64,000 nucleotides of DNA from Piromyces finnis finn (GCA_002104945.1 MCFH01000034.1:1-64000); one strand, 5' to 3'. Shown: positions 1-16,200, numbered from the stretch's first letter. Numbers and translations: made by a program. The notes: generated from the sequence alone by a model not told the origin.

Positions 1-664
1 AATATTTTTAAATAAGTTTTTAAACAAATTTTTCTTTATTATACTACTTTTTTTTCATTCCCAGAATTTAAATTGTATTTATCATTTATTCATATTATAT
101 TGAATATATCATTTTATAATATATTTATTGATTCATTTTAAAATACAAAATATATTGTATAATATATTATATATTTATTGGAATTAAAAAATTAAGTTTG
201 GTTTAATTAAATAATAGCATAAAATAAAATATGTGAATATGTGCATTTATAATATATCATTGTATATTTGACAATATATATTAATAATATATTATATAAT
301 ATATTGTTGAATATATTATTTTTTGATATGAAAGAAAAAATTATGAATGTTGAATTAGGAATTATTAAAAAATAGGAAAAAAAAATACTATAGTCTTTTA
401 CTTTTTTACTATTAAAAAAGAATATCTCAAATTGTATTATAATTTATATAAAGAAATATTGTAAAAAGAAAATAGTGAAATATCACAAAGCTCTTATAAT
501 AAAAAAGAAAAAAATAAATCAATTTTGAAAAAGAAAAAAAAATACTCAAAAAATGTTAGATATATATGTGTCTATGTGAAAAAAAATAACATAAAAAATA
601 AAATAAAAAAGTAGTAAGTAAATACGAAGAATAGAATAATTTTATAAAAAAAATGAGGAATATT

Positions 665-920
665 TAATAAAAAGGTAAAGAAAAAATAATAATAAAATAT
701 TGATAATAATAAATATAATATAAATGATACAGTAATAATATATATAACTATTAAATATATTTATAATTAGAAAGAAATATAAATTTCACTTAAGATTAGC
801 CTAATAAAAAGGTAAAGAAAAGAAAAATAATAAAATATTGATAATAATAAATATAAATGATAGAGTAATAATATATATAATTATTAAATATATTTATAAT
901 TAGAAAGAAATATTAATTTT
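665..920. repeat. Imperfect tandem duplication of a ~120-bp AT-rich unit
   Basis: taataaaaaggtaaagaaaa...attagaaagaaatat occurs at ~665-786 and again at ~802-920 with small indels. Confidence 0.75.
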
Positions 921-3738
921 AAACATTTTTACATTTTTATACATATATATTTATTTATAAGATTTAAAAATCATATAATAAACCTATTAAAAGAAAAGGA
1001 AGTATAAAAGGATATGAAGGATAAATGATAATTAAATTAAAAAAAATAGAGAGAGAGATTATTTATTTTAATTTTAATATATATAAGAATGAGAATAGTA
1101 ATTGTTTGAAACTGGATGGTTCATTAATTTTTATAATATTAACATTCAATAAAAATAAAATGCCTTCTTATGTGATACATTATTAATATAAAATATATCA
1201 ATAGTTTAAAAAAAAAGTACTTTTACGTTCAATGAAAACAAAAAATAAAACAGGAAATAAAAAAAATAAGTAATTATTTATAACTATTCCTCGAAACACT
1301 TTCTTATAAAAAATAATATTTAATTATATTTAATATAATAGTAGCATTTAAGTTGGCTGGAAGAATATTTTATAAATTGTTATATTAGAAGATATTCAAT
1401 ATATCATGAAGATTATGGTTTGAATCTCTAAGAAAAAAATTATTTTTCGAAAATTTATAAAAAAATACAAAATAAAAAAAAATAGATAATAAAAGAAATA
1501 AAAAAATGAAATTGAAAAAGTATCTAATATTAAATACTATTAAATAAAAATTTTAATAAATAAAATATTATATTATTAAGTTACCACAGAAAATTATTAA
1601 TATTATTTGTAAATATTAAAACTTAAGATGATAATAGATAAAATAGTGCTACTCAGTATAAAAGATAATATAATATAAATATTAGAAATATTAATATAAC
1701 TTTAATATTAATATCTGTAATTAAAGCATAATTTATGCTGCAATAATAATAAAGTTCTTTCAAAAGATAATAATTAAGCTATTTCACCAGAATACTTAAA
1801 TCTAAATAACTGTAATTAACAGCTGCAATTATAATATATATTATTATATTATTTAATAATGAATTGATTAGAATAAATCTAATATAATTAAATCATAGGA
1901 TAAACATGTTAATAAATAATATATATGCATAAACCACAATTCAAATAATAATTAAATATAAATATTATGTAAATGTGCCGATTTTTAATTAATAATGAAA
2001 ATGTTGTTTTAATTAAATTATACCAAATAATATTTTATAATATGGAATACAAAGTAAAAAGTTAAAAATGTATAATTAACAATGGAGATTGTATACATAA
2101 TAATTAATTATAATGTTATTTTTTTTGTAATTATATCATAATAAAGTTAATATGATAAACTCTAATATAAAAGACTTCATATAAAATTATTATTTAAGTT
2201 TTTAGTAATAATGATAAAAGAGTAAAAAAAAAAATAATGATGATGATAATAACAATAATTTGTATAATTTTTCATTATTTTTATATTTTTTTAAAGTATT
2301 GAAATTATATAGAAAAAATAAACAGAACTTAATAATAATAATAAAAAAAAAAAAAAAAAGAGTGCTTAATAAATATTATTTTTAGTTTATCGAGTATATA
2401 GTATAATAAATTTTACAACTTCAGTTATTTTTATTTAATATAACTTTTTATATTAATTCATTATTCCTCACTTTTTATACTATAATTTATTCATTAATTA
2501 TATTTCACATTACATAAATTAAATTCTACTATAAGGTGGTGATAATTTTAAATAACTTTTTTTCCATTTATTTAATATAATATTCGTACAATGATCATCT
2601 TTAAAACAATTTTAAAGTATAGTATGATGTAATATAAATAATAATTATTTTAATGAAAAAAGTGCTTATTTAAAAATTATGATAAAATACTATTTAAAAT
2701 ATGTAATAAAATAATGTAAATTCAAAATGTTTTAATTTTTTTTATTGTTATAAAAGAATTAACTATTAAGTCAATAAAAATAAAAAGAGGTAATTATTAA
2801 TGAATAATTGTTATCAAAAATAATATAATATTATGAAATAGCAAGACTACAATGATACTTTTAAATCTATAAACTTATAAAATACTAATAAAAATGGCTT
2901 TACTTTGATAAATATTCACATAAAAAATTAAAATCAACTTTTATAATAATAATAATAGCATTTTTAAATTTATTAAAGGAAAATATATTTGTATCTCTCT
3001 TTTTTTACAGTAGTCCGTTTTTAATTTAAAATAATATATATAAAACTATAATTATATATTATAAAGTAAATTGTGTTTCATATTTATTCAAAAAAAAAGA
3101 TATAATTTGAATAATTTTCAATTAAAGTATTAAATCGTATAAAGATAATTGATTTTTATATATATTTAAAATTTTAATATAAAGTATGTGCTCCTTTATT
3201 ACTTTAGAAATTATAAATTCATTGCTTACATTCATTGTTGTATTTTAAGGTAGTTTAAATTAAAATGTTGTTTTATTATTACTTTTATTTTGATTAATAA
3301 TAAAGAGATATTTTATTGAAATCTTAAAAATAAAAAAGCATAGAGATGGTATCAAAAAATTATGCTAACAAATATTAATAAAAATATGTAAAAAGAATAA
3401 TACACTTTAAATAAAATATTATTTTATCTACTTAATAAAATTATTTTCAAATAATGTTCAAATAATGTTAAAAATTTAAAACCGAAAAATACCGATCATA
3501 TAAATATATAAATATTTTAATAAAAAATATAACTATAACAAATAATAAGATTTTTTTTTCAAAATATCTATTATAAATAAAAAATAAATAAATAAAATCT
3601 GTTAGTCTTTAGTATAATTAAATATATAAAATTACCTAAAAGATAATATGATTTTTAATAATTATATATTTTTTTACTATATACTTTTACTTAATATGCC
3701 TTTTGTTTTTTTCATTCTTTAGAATTTCTATTCTTTTT

Positions 3739-4227
3739 ATACATAAGGCTTCTGGTTCGACCCCGCAGATGTCAGTGCCTGTGGATTTTCCCACTGGGTT
3801 TGCCATGGGTTGGGTTATGATATTCAGGTAAGTATAAATGAACTTTCTAATTTACTACTATGATAATAACACTCGTCTAGCCGGCCTGAGAGGGTCTAGT
3901 GTACATGGTACATTCCAAATTAGAACTTAATAAGTGGTGACTTAGGCTATGCCAAAAACACATAATATTCCTTAATCAATTTAAGTGTAAACATTAGGGG
4001 GCGGTTGACACGTGATCAAATTGACTATAAGAGGCTTAGCATTGTAGTTGTGAAATATCGTACAACGACATGCATCTAATGTACATGGATTAAGTGAGCG
4101 TCGAAGCTGAAGAAACAGTATGACAGACCAGGAGGGTCACAACCACCTAGCAATAGGAATGAGCCAACGTTTCTCTAAGAACCACCATTGGAGCTAACTC
4201 TGATCGATGGGAGAAATGCACTCGGAA

Positions 4228-4301
<74 letters not shown>
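3739..4301 (+). mobile_element. SINE-like retroposon copy A (5'-truncated by 43 nt)
   Basis: Identical by eye to copies B, C and D from atacataagg to ggaagtt, then 71 A (4231-4301). 13-bp TSD ttctattcttttt at 3726-3738 and 4302-4314. Confidence 0.93.
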
Positions 4302-4303
<2 letters not shown>

Positions 4304-6235
4304 CTATTCTTTTTTAAATTATGAATTCTATCCAATAAAATAGAAATTACTTAATCTAGTAATTTTCAGATATTAAAAATTTAAAGAACTTTATTATATA
4401 ATTAATTTATATATTAAAATCAAAACAATTAAAAATACTAAATAAATGTTTATAGTAACATCTTAAAATCATTTTCCGTTTTATTCCGAGATAATAAATT
4501 AAAAGATCAAAGTATTTAATAGGTTTCAGAAAAACGAATTATTATACATAATTTATTTTATCTTTAAGTAGTACAATAAATCCATATGGAGGAGAAAATA
4601 AATTATTTAATTATAGTTTATTTGATTTACATATATTTACAATTACAAAATTACAATATGAAAATGAGAGATTAAAAATCTAACCTATTAAGAGAAAAAA
4701 ATTCTAAATGTTTAAATGGGTTAGGTTTTATATAATATTATAAGGATTAGAATTTATTAAAATATTTTTATTTTAACATTTGTTGCTTTTATTATTTGAT
4801 ATAATTATAAGAACTTATAAATGACATATATTGTTATGTATTTAAAAAATAATTATATTTTTTTATTCTTTCATTAATGCTTTTTTTTTGCTTTTTAATA
4901 TCTTTAGTAATATAATATTATATATATTAATATTATTTCTTTTTTTTTTTTTTTTTGGTTTTGTTTTTTAATTCAACTTTAAAATTAATAATACATCAAA
5001 ACAACTAATAAATAAAATTTACATATTAATTTAATTATTTTTACAATAAAAGCAAGGTTTTAAAATTATTAATTAATTATATATTAAAAGAACCAAATTA
5101 TTACTTTCATACCTATAAATTTAAATTTTTAAACTGAAAATAAAAAAAAATAATAATTTATTATTTTTCTAAATTTATTTCGTTAAATTATAGCACAAAA
5201 AAACAATTTGTATATATATATAAAATCATTTATTAAATAATATTTAATATTATGCTAAAATAATTTAAAAGAAAAAAGCATATTTTGAATCAATCCAAAA
5301 AAATTTTTGAATTTTTAAATTAATTGTCTAGATGAAAACCATATTATAGAGCCATATAATTACAATATTTATACATAAAAAATCTTTAATTTTAAATTAT
5401 ATATTTCATCATAGTAATGTTAATGATATTAAATTAAAGAAATAGAAATTTAATTTAATTATTAATACTTTAGGTAATCAGAACTATTATAATTATTATG
5501 TAATATGTAATATATATATAAAGATTATATAAGAAATTATTATTATAAAAAATAAAAGAAATTATTATTATAAAACAAAAGCAACGAACATTATTCAGAA
5601 CTTTATTTTTAGTATTTTTGAAAAGTTATTATTTTTATTAATAATTATTGATGATATTGTTTAATATTCAATAAAACAACAACCGCCAAGTGTATTATTA
5701 TTTTATAAACATATTTATTAACAAATTATAAAATTTTTATACAAAAATACTGATTAATAATTTGTAAATTTTAATGATATATTATTATTATAAAATATTA
5801 TGAACAAAAAAAAAATTAATTTCTCATATATATTATTATGACATTTATAATTTATTATTATTATTTATTACTTTACTAAATTTAGTTTTATTAATTTTAA
5901 TTTTAATTAAAATTTATATATATATATTCATATTTTCTCTTTATTTTTTTTATAGGCATAAAGTAAAATAAAGTATGAATTTAAGAAATGAAATATAATT
6001 AATTTAATAATTTTTTGTTCATTTGCCTTTTTATTTATTTAGTTATTCATCTATTCTATTCTATTCCCCTTATTTTATTAATTTTAAGTGATTCTAAACG
6101 AGTGGACCAACCATAATAAAACATTTTATAACTCTATTAAATTTCATTTGTTTGAAATTAGATTCGATATTCAATATTATATATATTATTTTATTTATTA
6201 CCTTTACATAAAAATAAGCAATAATATTAACAATT

Positions 6236-7122
6236 ATGTCAAATAATGATATTTCGTTGAACAATAAATATAAATATAGCAAAAAAGACCATATTAATGA
6301 AACCTCAATACCTTCTATTAATAAAATACGAGCATTATATGAAAATAAACCTAATAATGATCAAATTAATTACTCTGAACATAAAAAGGAGTTAGATACA
6401 AGTAAAAGATCAACTATTGTTTCAAAAAATGACAGTGTAAATAAAATAAATAAAAAGGAAGAATTTAAGGTTGAAAAATCAAATTATGAGAATGATAATG
6501 ATAATATGATATTTAGTGAAGATGATATATATAATTATGATATGGATACAAAAGAAAAAATTTATATCGAAAATAAATCATTAAAAAGGTATTGTTTATT
6601 GAAATACTTTTACATTTTTTATATTTATTTTAAAAGAATAGAAAAGTGTGTAAATATAAAATATTAAATAAAACATTTCAAAAATTTTAATTAAATATTA
6701 TTATTATTATTATTATTTATTTTTTTATTTATTTGTATCGTAATAGAAAGCACACTGAAGAAGAATATTATAATGATAGCGAAAAACATACTGATAGCAA
6801 AATAGAAGAAGAATATGACTCTGAAGACAATGTACTTTTGAGTTATGTTAATGATTATGAAAATTCGGAAGAAGAAAATAGTAATGATGAACAATTAAAA
6901 ATTAAAAAGTCTCGCTTTAATTATTCTAGTGATGAAAAAAATGAACAAATTATAAATGATTCTGAAAATAATATAAATGAAACGATATATTCAAATTCTG
7001 AAGATTCATTTAAGCGAAATGATGATTTTTCAAGATTAAATGAAGAAAAAAACCTACAAATTGATAGTGATGATAGCGATGATAGTAATAAAAAATATCA
7101 ACAACAAAGTTCAAAAAAGAAA

Positions 7123-7155
<33 letters not shown>

Positions 7156-8892
7156 GATAACAACAGCAACAACATAAATATGGATTCAATGCCTCATATG
7201 AATAATGTTGAAGAATCAAAACTACTATCTAATGAAATATCATCGAAACCATCGAAGTTTAGACCATTTTTTTTTCCAAATCGCTCAAGTACTAATAATT
7301 CATCTTCAATTAAGGATACTTTAAGTAAAAGTTCTTCTAGTAGTGATAGTTCTGATAGTCCTGATAATGAATATGTTGATTCGAACAATGATAAAGGTTT
7401 ATTTGGATTTAATATTTCTCGGAAAAATGAGAAAGTTAATAAAGAAGAATCAAAAATATCGAGAAAAAATTCTTCATCCAATAAATTTACTTCATTTTTT
7501 TATAAATCTTCAAAAATAAATAATAATACAAATGATGGATCCAATATAGATAAGAAAATACAAGCAAATGCTGGTAATTCTTCTACTAGCAATGATACAA
7601 TGAATCAAGATGAAATAAAAAAAACACTTAAACGTAAAAGAGACTCATCAATAGATGATGAAAATAATAGTAATGATGAATTAGAAAAACAAAAAGTGAA
7701 AAAAATACGTCTATTACAGGAAGAAATAAAGTCAATTCAACAAAGTATAGAATTAAAACAAGAAGAACTTCGTTTACAATATAATAAATTAATTAAAACT
7801 AGAAATAGTCTTTCCGATCCTTCTAAAGAACCAATTCCAAATTTTATACGACCATCTTCTATAGATTTCAACAGTGTACAATCTTCTTTTCCATTTAAAA
7901 TGGGAAGGCAATCAACATCATCCAATTTTTCAAGATCAAGTTTTTATGATTATCCTTTTGAAGTTCATCCTTTTCCGAATGATTTTGATCAACAAAATTC
8001 ATCATTTACTTCCAATGATTTTCGTCGTTTTAGTAATCAACAAATGCCATCTTTTTCTAGAATGAGTATGGATAATAATGGTAGATATTCATTTAATCAC
8101 AATGGACCTGAAGATCCTTCATTTTATTCTAATAATTATTCCAATTTTGATGGTAGTTCCAATTTTAATATTAATCCTAATCGCACTTCAAATATTAATT
8201 CAAATCCAAATCCAATGTTTTCTAATAATTCCTTTTCTTCAAGGTATGATCCAAATCTTAGTCATGCACAATCTAATTATCATAATTCATTTATTTCCCC
8301 TACATCATCACAACCTTCAAAAAGTGGATTATTTTCTTTTATGAGAAGAAGAAAAACACAAGGTCCAGAATCTATGTATGCATCTTCTAATTCCATGATG
8401 AATTCGTTTGATCAAAGTCAAAACCCAATGACTAATATTTCTAGTGGTAGTACTATAAAGTTACCAACTATGGATGTTTCTCTTACTAAACCATTCTATT
8501 ATTATTTTATTCCATTAACCAGAAGAAAAGTTATAGTTCATGTAGATCCATTATTACGTAATGCAATTAATTATGCTAAAGCAGCAGGGAATTTTGAATG
8601 TTTAAGATATTTATGTGAATTTGAAAAGATACCAAATAAATATGTTGATCTTCGTTCTATTGAAGAGGCTGCTGCACATAACGATATAGATGAATTAAAG
8701 TTTTTGTTGAAGCATAGTTGGTTCTATGATTTAAAACATTATTTCACTATATTCATTAAGGTTATATTTTTATTTATAGTTATTGTCAGTATCCTTTATT
8801 ATTTCAACGAACTGAATGAAATTTTAATTGCTCTCTTTATTTCCTACATAGTAATTTGTATAGCATATAATTGGATTAATCGTAATAAATAG
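6236..8892 (+). CDS. Uncharacterised ~832-aa Ser/Asn-rich protein with C-terminal ankyrin-like repeats and two TM helices (2 exons)
   Basis: ORFs 6236.. and 6733.. join in frame through a GT-AG intron at 6589-6746 (AG|A = Arg). The C-terminus has ankyrin-like segments (AINYAKAAGNFECLRYL, SIEEAAAHNDIDELKFLL) and two hydrophobic stretches. Confidence 0.75.
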
Positions 8893-9438
8893 ATTTGTAG
8901 GATAATTAAAGAAAAAGAAGTATCAAAGAATTTTAACAATACTATTTATTAATATTTAATATCCACAATTTTTTTTTTTTTAGTTTTTAATTAATTATTT
9001 TTTTTTCAAATAATATTATTTTAAATCATTGTATATAAATATTAGTATAAATTTCATATTTTATTTCATGTGAATTTTTAATACTAGAAAACATTAGTAT
9101 AATTTTTTTTTATTGTTAGTAATAAAATTTATTTTTTATTTTTCTATATACACTATACAGTATCAACATCACCATCAACAACAATAATAAAAACTATAAA
9201 AAATCAATTCAATTAATATAATATTTTGGTAAATTTATTATTGTTAATTTTTTTTTTATATATTCTGTATTTTTATATATATTAAATTTATATTATTATG
9301 AATATTTTTTATTTTTTATTTTTTTTTTTTATTTTGAGAATCCAATCAAACTACAGATTATTATGAAACAAAATTTATTTGATAGTTATTTATCTATACA
9401 AAAAAAAGGTCAATTATAAAAAAGATAAAAACAAAATA

Positions 9439-9997
9439 GTCGTTCCAGTTTTTATCCTGGTTGTTAAGGCGTTTCCTTAGCATACATAAGGCTTCTGGTT
9501 CGACCCCGCAGATGTCAGTGCCTGTGGATTTTCCCACTGGGTTTGCCATGGGTTGGGTTATGATATTCAGGTAAGTATAAATGAACTTTCTAATTTACTA
9601 CTATGATAATAACACTCGTCTAGCCGGCCTGAGAGGGTCTAGTGTACATGGTACATTCCAAATTAGAACTTAATAAGTGGTGACTTAGGCTATGCCAAAA
9701 ACACATAATATTCCTTAATCAATTTAAGTGTAAACATTAGGGGGCGGTTGACACGTGATCAAATTGACTATAAGAGGCTTAGCATTGTAGTTGTGAAATA
9801 TCGTACAACGACATGCATCTAATGTACATGGATTAAGTGAGCGTCGAAGCTGAAGAAACAGTATGACAGACCAGGAGGGTCACAACCACCTAGCAATAGG
9901 AATGAGCCAACGTTTCTCTAAGAACCACCATTGGAGCTAACTCTGATCGATGGGAGAAATGCACTCGGAAGTTAAAAAAAAAAAAAAAAAAAAAAAA
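9439..9997 (+). mobile_element. SINE-like retroposon copy B (full length)
   Basis: 535-bp body gtcgttcc...ggaagtt (9439-9973) plus A-tail. B-box GGTTCGACCCC at 9497-9507. 12-bp TSD aaaaacaaaata at 9427-9438 and 9993-10004. Confidence 0.95.
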
Positions 9998-11019
9998 CAA
10001 AATACAAATTATAATAATTTACTTTCAAATAATATCAGTTTCTTTTAAAAGTTTATTTTTATAGCTTTTATTTTTAAACAAATAATATAGAAAAACCGTG
10101 GATTACTATATTTTAATTAAATTCCTTTTTTTTTTTACTTTAATAAAAGTTATAAAAAGTGCGTGAGTTATATGAATAATATACATTTTTGGAATTATTA
10201 AAATAGTTTAAATTAAATTAAATATTATTTTTAAATTATGATATAAATAAATGTTTTTTTTTTTTATTAATGTTCAATTTAAAATAGTTAGTTACATTAA
10301 GGAATATAAATAATTCTATTATAAGATCTTTCTTTTTATTATATGAGCATTATAAGATGTATTATGTACTTTTATTAAAATCTTGCTATTTATATTAGCC
10401 AAAACTTTAGTTCTACATATTTTTTATTTAAAAAAGAAAAAAATGTAAATAAATTAATATAAAAATAAAAATAGATAAAACATAAACAAACAAGAAATAT
10501 GTAAAGTTTAAAAAAATCTCATAATTGAAAGATAAAAAACTTAGAGTAGTAAATGTATGAATAGACAAATACATAAATAAATAATAATATATTAGTGGAT
10601 AATAGCTTATTTTAATAGTACCTAATATATTATAGTGTATTGTAATATAATATTAATTTAATTATTAGATTATAATTTGTTAAAATTCTTAAAAAAAAAA
10701 AAAAACTGAATCAAATTACACCTTACAGTGTTTATTTAAAATTTTTTAGTTTTTATGTATTTTATATTTATTATCAATATAATTAAATATATTACTAAAT
10801 ATATAATGTATGAATTATATATATTTAATATTAAACTAAATAAACATATAATAATTAACTAAATAAATAATAAATGTATGAAATATATTATTTATTAAGT
10901 AGATGAATAAATAAATATATTATAAAATTATCAAATATATATAATTTTTTTACAATAAAAAAAATTAAAAATAAATTTTTTTAATATTATTTTTAAAAAA
11001 TAATAAATATTAAATTATA

Positions 11020-13203
<2,184 letters not shown>

Positions 13204-16200
13204 GCTATTTAATTTTTATTATCTTTTAAAGAAATATTTTTTGTTTAGTTAATTTTTTTTGTAGAAAAAATTGGAAAAAAAATTTTTTAAAAATATTTTA
13301 TTCATAAAAATTTTTTAATTTATTTTTATTTTAATTTTTTTGTAATATTATATAAAATTGGAAGAGTAAAAAAAAATAAAAAGAGAAATTAAAACAAACA
13401 ATCAGACAAAAAAAGTTAAAAACAAAACAAAAAAAAAGCATATTACAATCTAATCCAATAACAAAGCAAATTTAAAAGCATTAATTATAATAATTTTAAA
13501 TAAAATTTTTATTTAAAATTGTTGTAAAAATCCTAAGAAAAAATAACCTATAATAATAAATCCAAAATAATACATAATATCAAGTAAAAAACAAAGACAT
13601 ATATTTTTTTTTTTTTTAAAAAAAATTAATTTGCAAAACATATAAAAAATTAATAAAATAATAATAATAAAAAAATATCAACATTTGTTATATATTATAT
13701 ATTTTTTTTTGTGTAAAGTAATAAAGCGAGCAAAATATTTTTACAAGTAGAATCAAAGTAAATTTTATGATACATTTTTTTTATTAGGTATATTAAGAAA
13801 TTTGAAGGATAAAAACATGAGAGACCAATTCAATTGTAATAGTATATAATTATATATTTTCCTGATATATTAAAATTTTCTGAAGTCAAATACAATTTCC
13901 ATTAATCTTTACTGGAAATATCATGAATATATATATATTTTATTATTATTTTTTTTTTTATTTAATATTAATATACTTTGAGTGATAGGTAGAGCAGTTA
14001 ATAAGTAGAATTGTTTAATATTTTGTTTATATTTAAGATTAAGAAAAATTGATAAATGAACTAATGAATTTTATATACTTTAGTAATAATAAACAATTCA
14101 ATAAAGTACTTTATATACAAACGAAATCATAGAATAACTGAATAAATAATCTCTAAAAATAATATCAATTATAATTAATTCGTTAGTTGATATTAAATAT
14201 TGAAATATTCAGTAGACCTATTTATTATATAAGAATATATTTTTCTTTTTTTCATTATTCATTTTAATATCATTATTTTATACTTTGTAATTTTATTATG
14301 AATAAAATTTTATCAATATACTATTTCAACAATAACAAAAAAAAAAAAAAAAAAAAAAAGGAATTCATATTTATATGAAGAAATGATTTATTCTCTAATC
14401 TGTATAGATTATTTTATTACATTGCATTTTATAATATTTATATATCTTTTTATCTTCACATTATCGTGGTCAACATTTAGTAAAATCAAAATAATTTTTT
14501 TTTAGTAATATTATGGACTTTTTTATAAATATTAAATTTAAACTTTATATCTTAATGCTGTTAATGTTAATAATTTATTTGGTACATATACATATTTTTA
14601 AAAAAATTTAATGATTTATTTAAATGTAATTATTGATGTATAATAGAATAATAGAATAATAATTTCATTCTTATTATTTTTTTTTTTTTAAGACATAAAT
14701 TATTTTTTATCCTCATTTATATGAATAATAATACTTTTCTTTATATATACTTTACTAGTTTTTTTTTTTTTTATTTAAATTTAGAATTACATTTTCTAAA
14801 AAATTAATGGATTGTTTAAATTAAATTAATCTATTTGATTCATATATTCTAGTATAATTACTATATATTTATTTTTAAGTTTTATTCATTTTCCAAGTAT
14901 TTAAACTATAATAAATATATATTTAAGATTACTAACAAAACCTGAAACTATAATATTAATTATTATTATAAAGAAATGAAATTATAGATAGATATTTAAT
15001 AAGAAGATGATTAAAAGAACATTTTATAGTAATAAGACCATTTTAAAACAATTAGATAGACAGTATTTATTTATCTTTTTTTAATTTTTATATAAATAGT
15101 ATTATAATATTTATTATATTTCTTCTTTTCCTTCTTTCCTGATCTTATTTTTATTTTATAGTTAAATATTATTAATTTTATTCTTATAAAATAATAAAAA
15201 TACTGATCAATACTTAAAAGATTATGCAGTGTCAGAATTATAATATAAACGGTTTTAGTTCCATAAATAGTTAAATTACATTTTTATTTATTTTTATTTT
15301 TCATAGAAACTTTAACCAAATTATAGAAATAAATATATAATAAATATATAAATATGTAAAATATTGAAATATTATATATTAATATATTGTAATTTTATAT
15401 AGGTATAATTAAATTATAAAAAAAGGTTGAAATCTGTACTTTTTTATTTAGAAAGATTTTAAATTAAAATAATTGAGAATAATTTATCTTTATGAAATAG
15501 AAATAAAATCTATTTAATTTTAATATATCATTAATTAATTATTAATAAATGTTTCAAATTCATAAATAATATATAAACATATATAAATAAAATCGTGTAA
15601 CACATGTATTAATTTTGTTGAGAAAAAAAGGTAGAATGGAAATTTATTTTTTTTATTGTGAAAAATATTAATTCTATTGATTAAAAAGAATAATAATATT
15701 ATATAAATAATTAATAAACTTTATTGTATATATTATATATAATATGTGCTTTTTTTTCTATACATAAAAGAACTATATTTTAAATAATTGATATAAATAT
15801 ATAGATTTATATTATAAGTAAAATTACTATATCTTAACTTTTAATCAAATTTTCAAAAAATTCAAAACATTTATATATTGGAATAATTATAATATTTTAT
15901 ATTAACACAAAAAATTAAAAAATGTTATTTTTTATTAAAATAAAAGAAAAATTATGATTAAATAATTAATTTTTGATTCATATATTAATTTTTAATATTT
16001 AATTAACTTTATTAAATACTATATTATTTTTAATATATTTTAAAGATGTTATGATTTTAATTATTTTTATTTTTTATTTTTATTTTATTTTTTTTTGCTA
16101 TTAAAGAATCAAAATTGAACTTTTATTTTATAGCTAATAACAAAATACATAATAGATCCATATTATTAAAGAAAAAGAAATAAAATATTTGATTAGAAAA

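Noticed and set aside
1330-1980. Possible decayed membrane-protein pseudogene on the minus strand
   Set aside because: Hydrophobic-looking translation with several stops and no motif; expected from AT-rich DNA alone.
4147-4335. ORFs with poly-Phe or poly-Lys (also 30046-30285, 30130-30345)
   Set aside because: Artefacts of reading through SINE poly(A) tails.
9439-9514. Functional tRNA gene at the SINE head
   Set aside because: Acceptor stem does not pair, T-stem is mismatched, no U33 in the loop, D-arm is degenerate. It is tRNA-like only.
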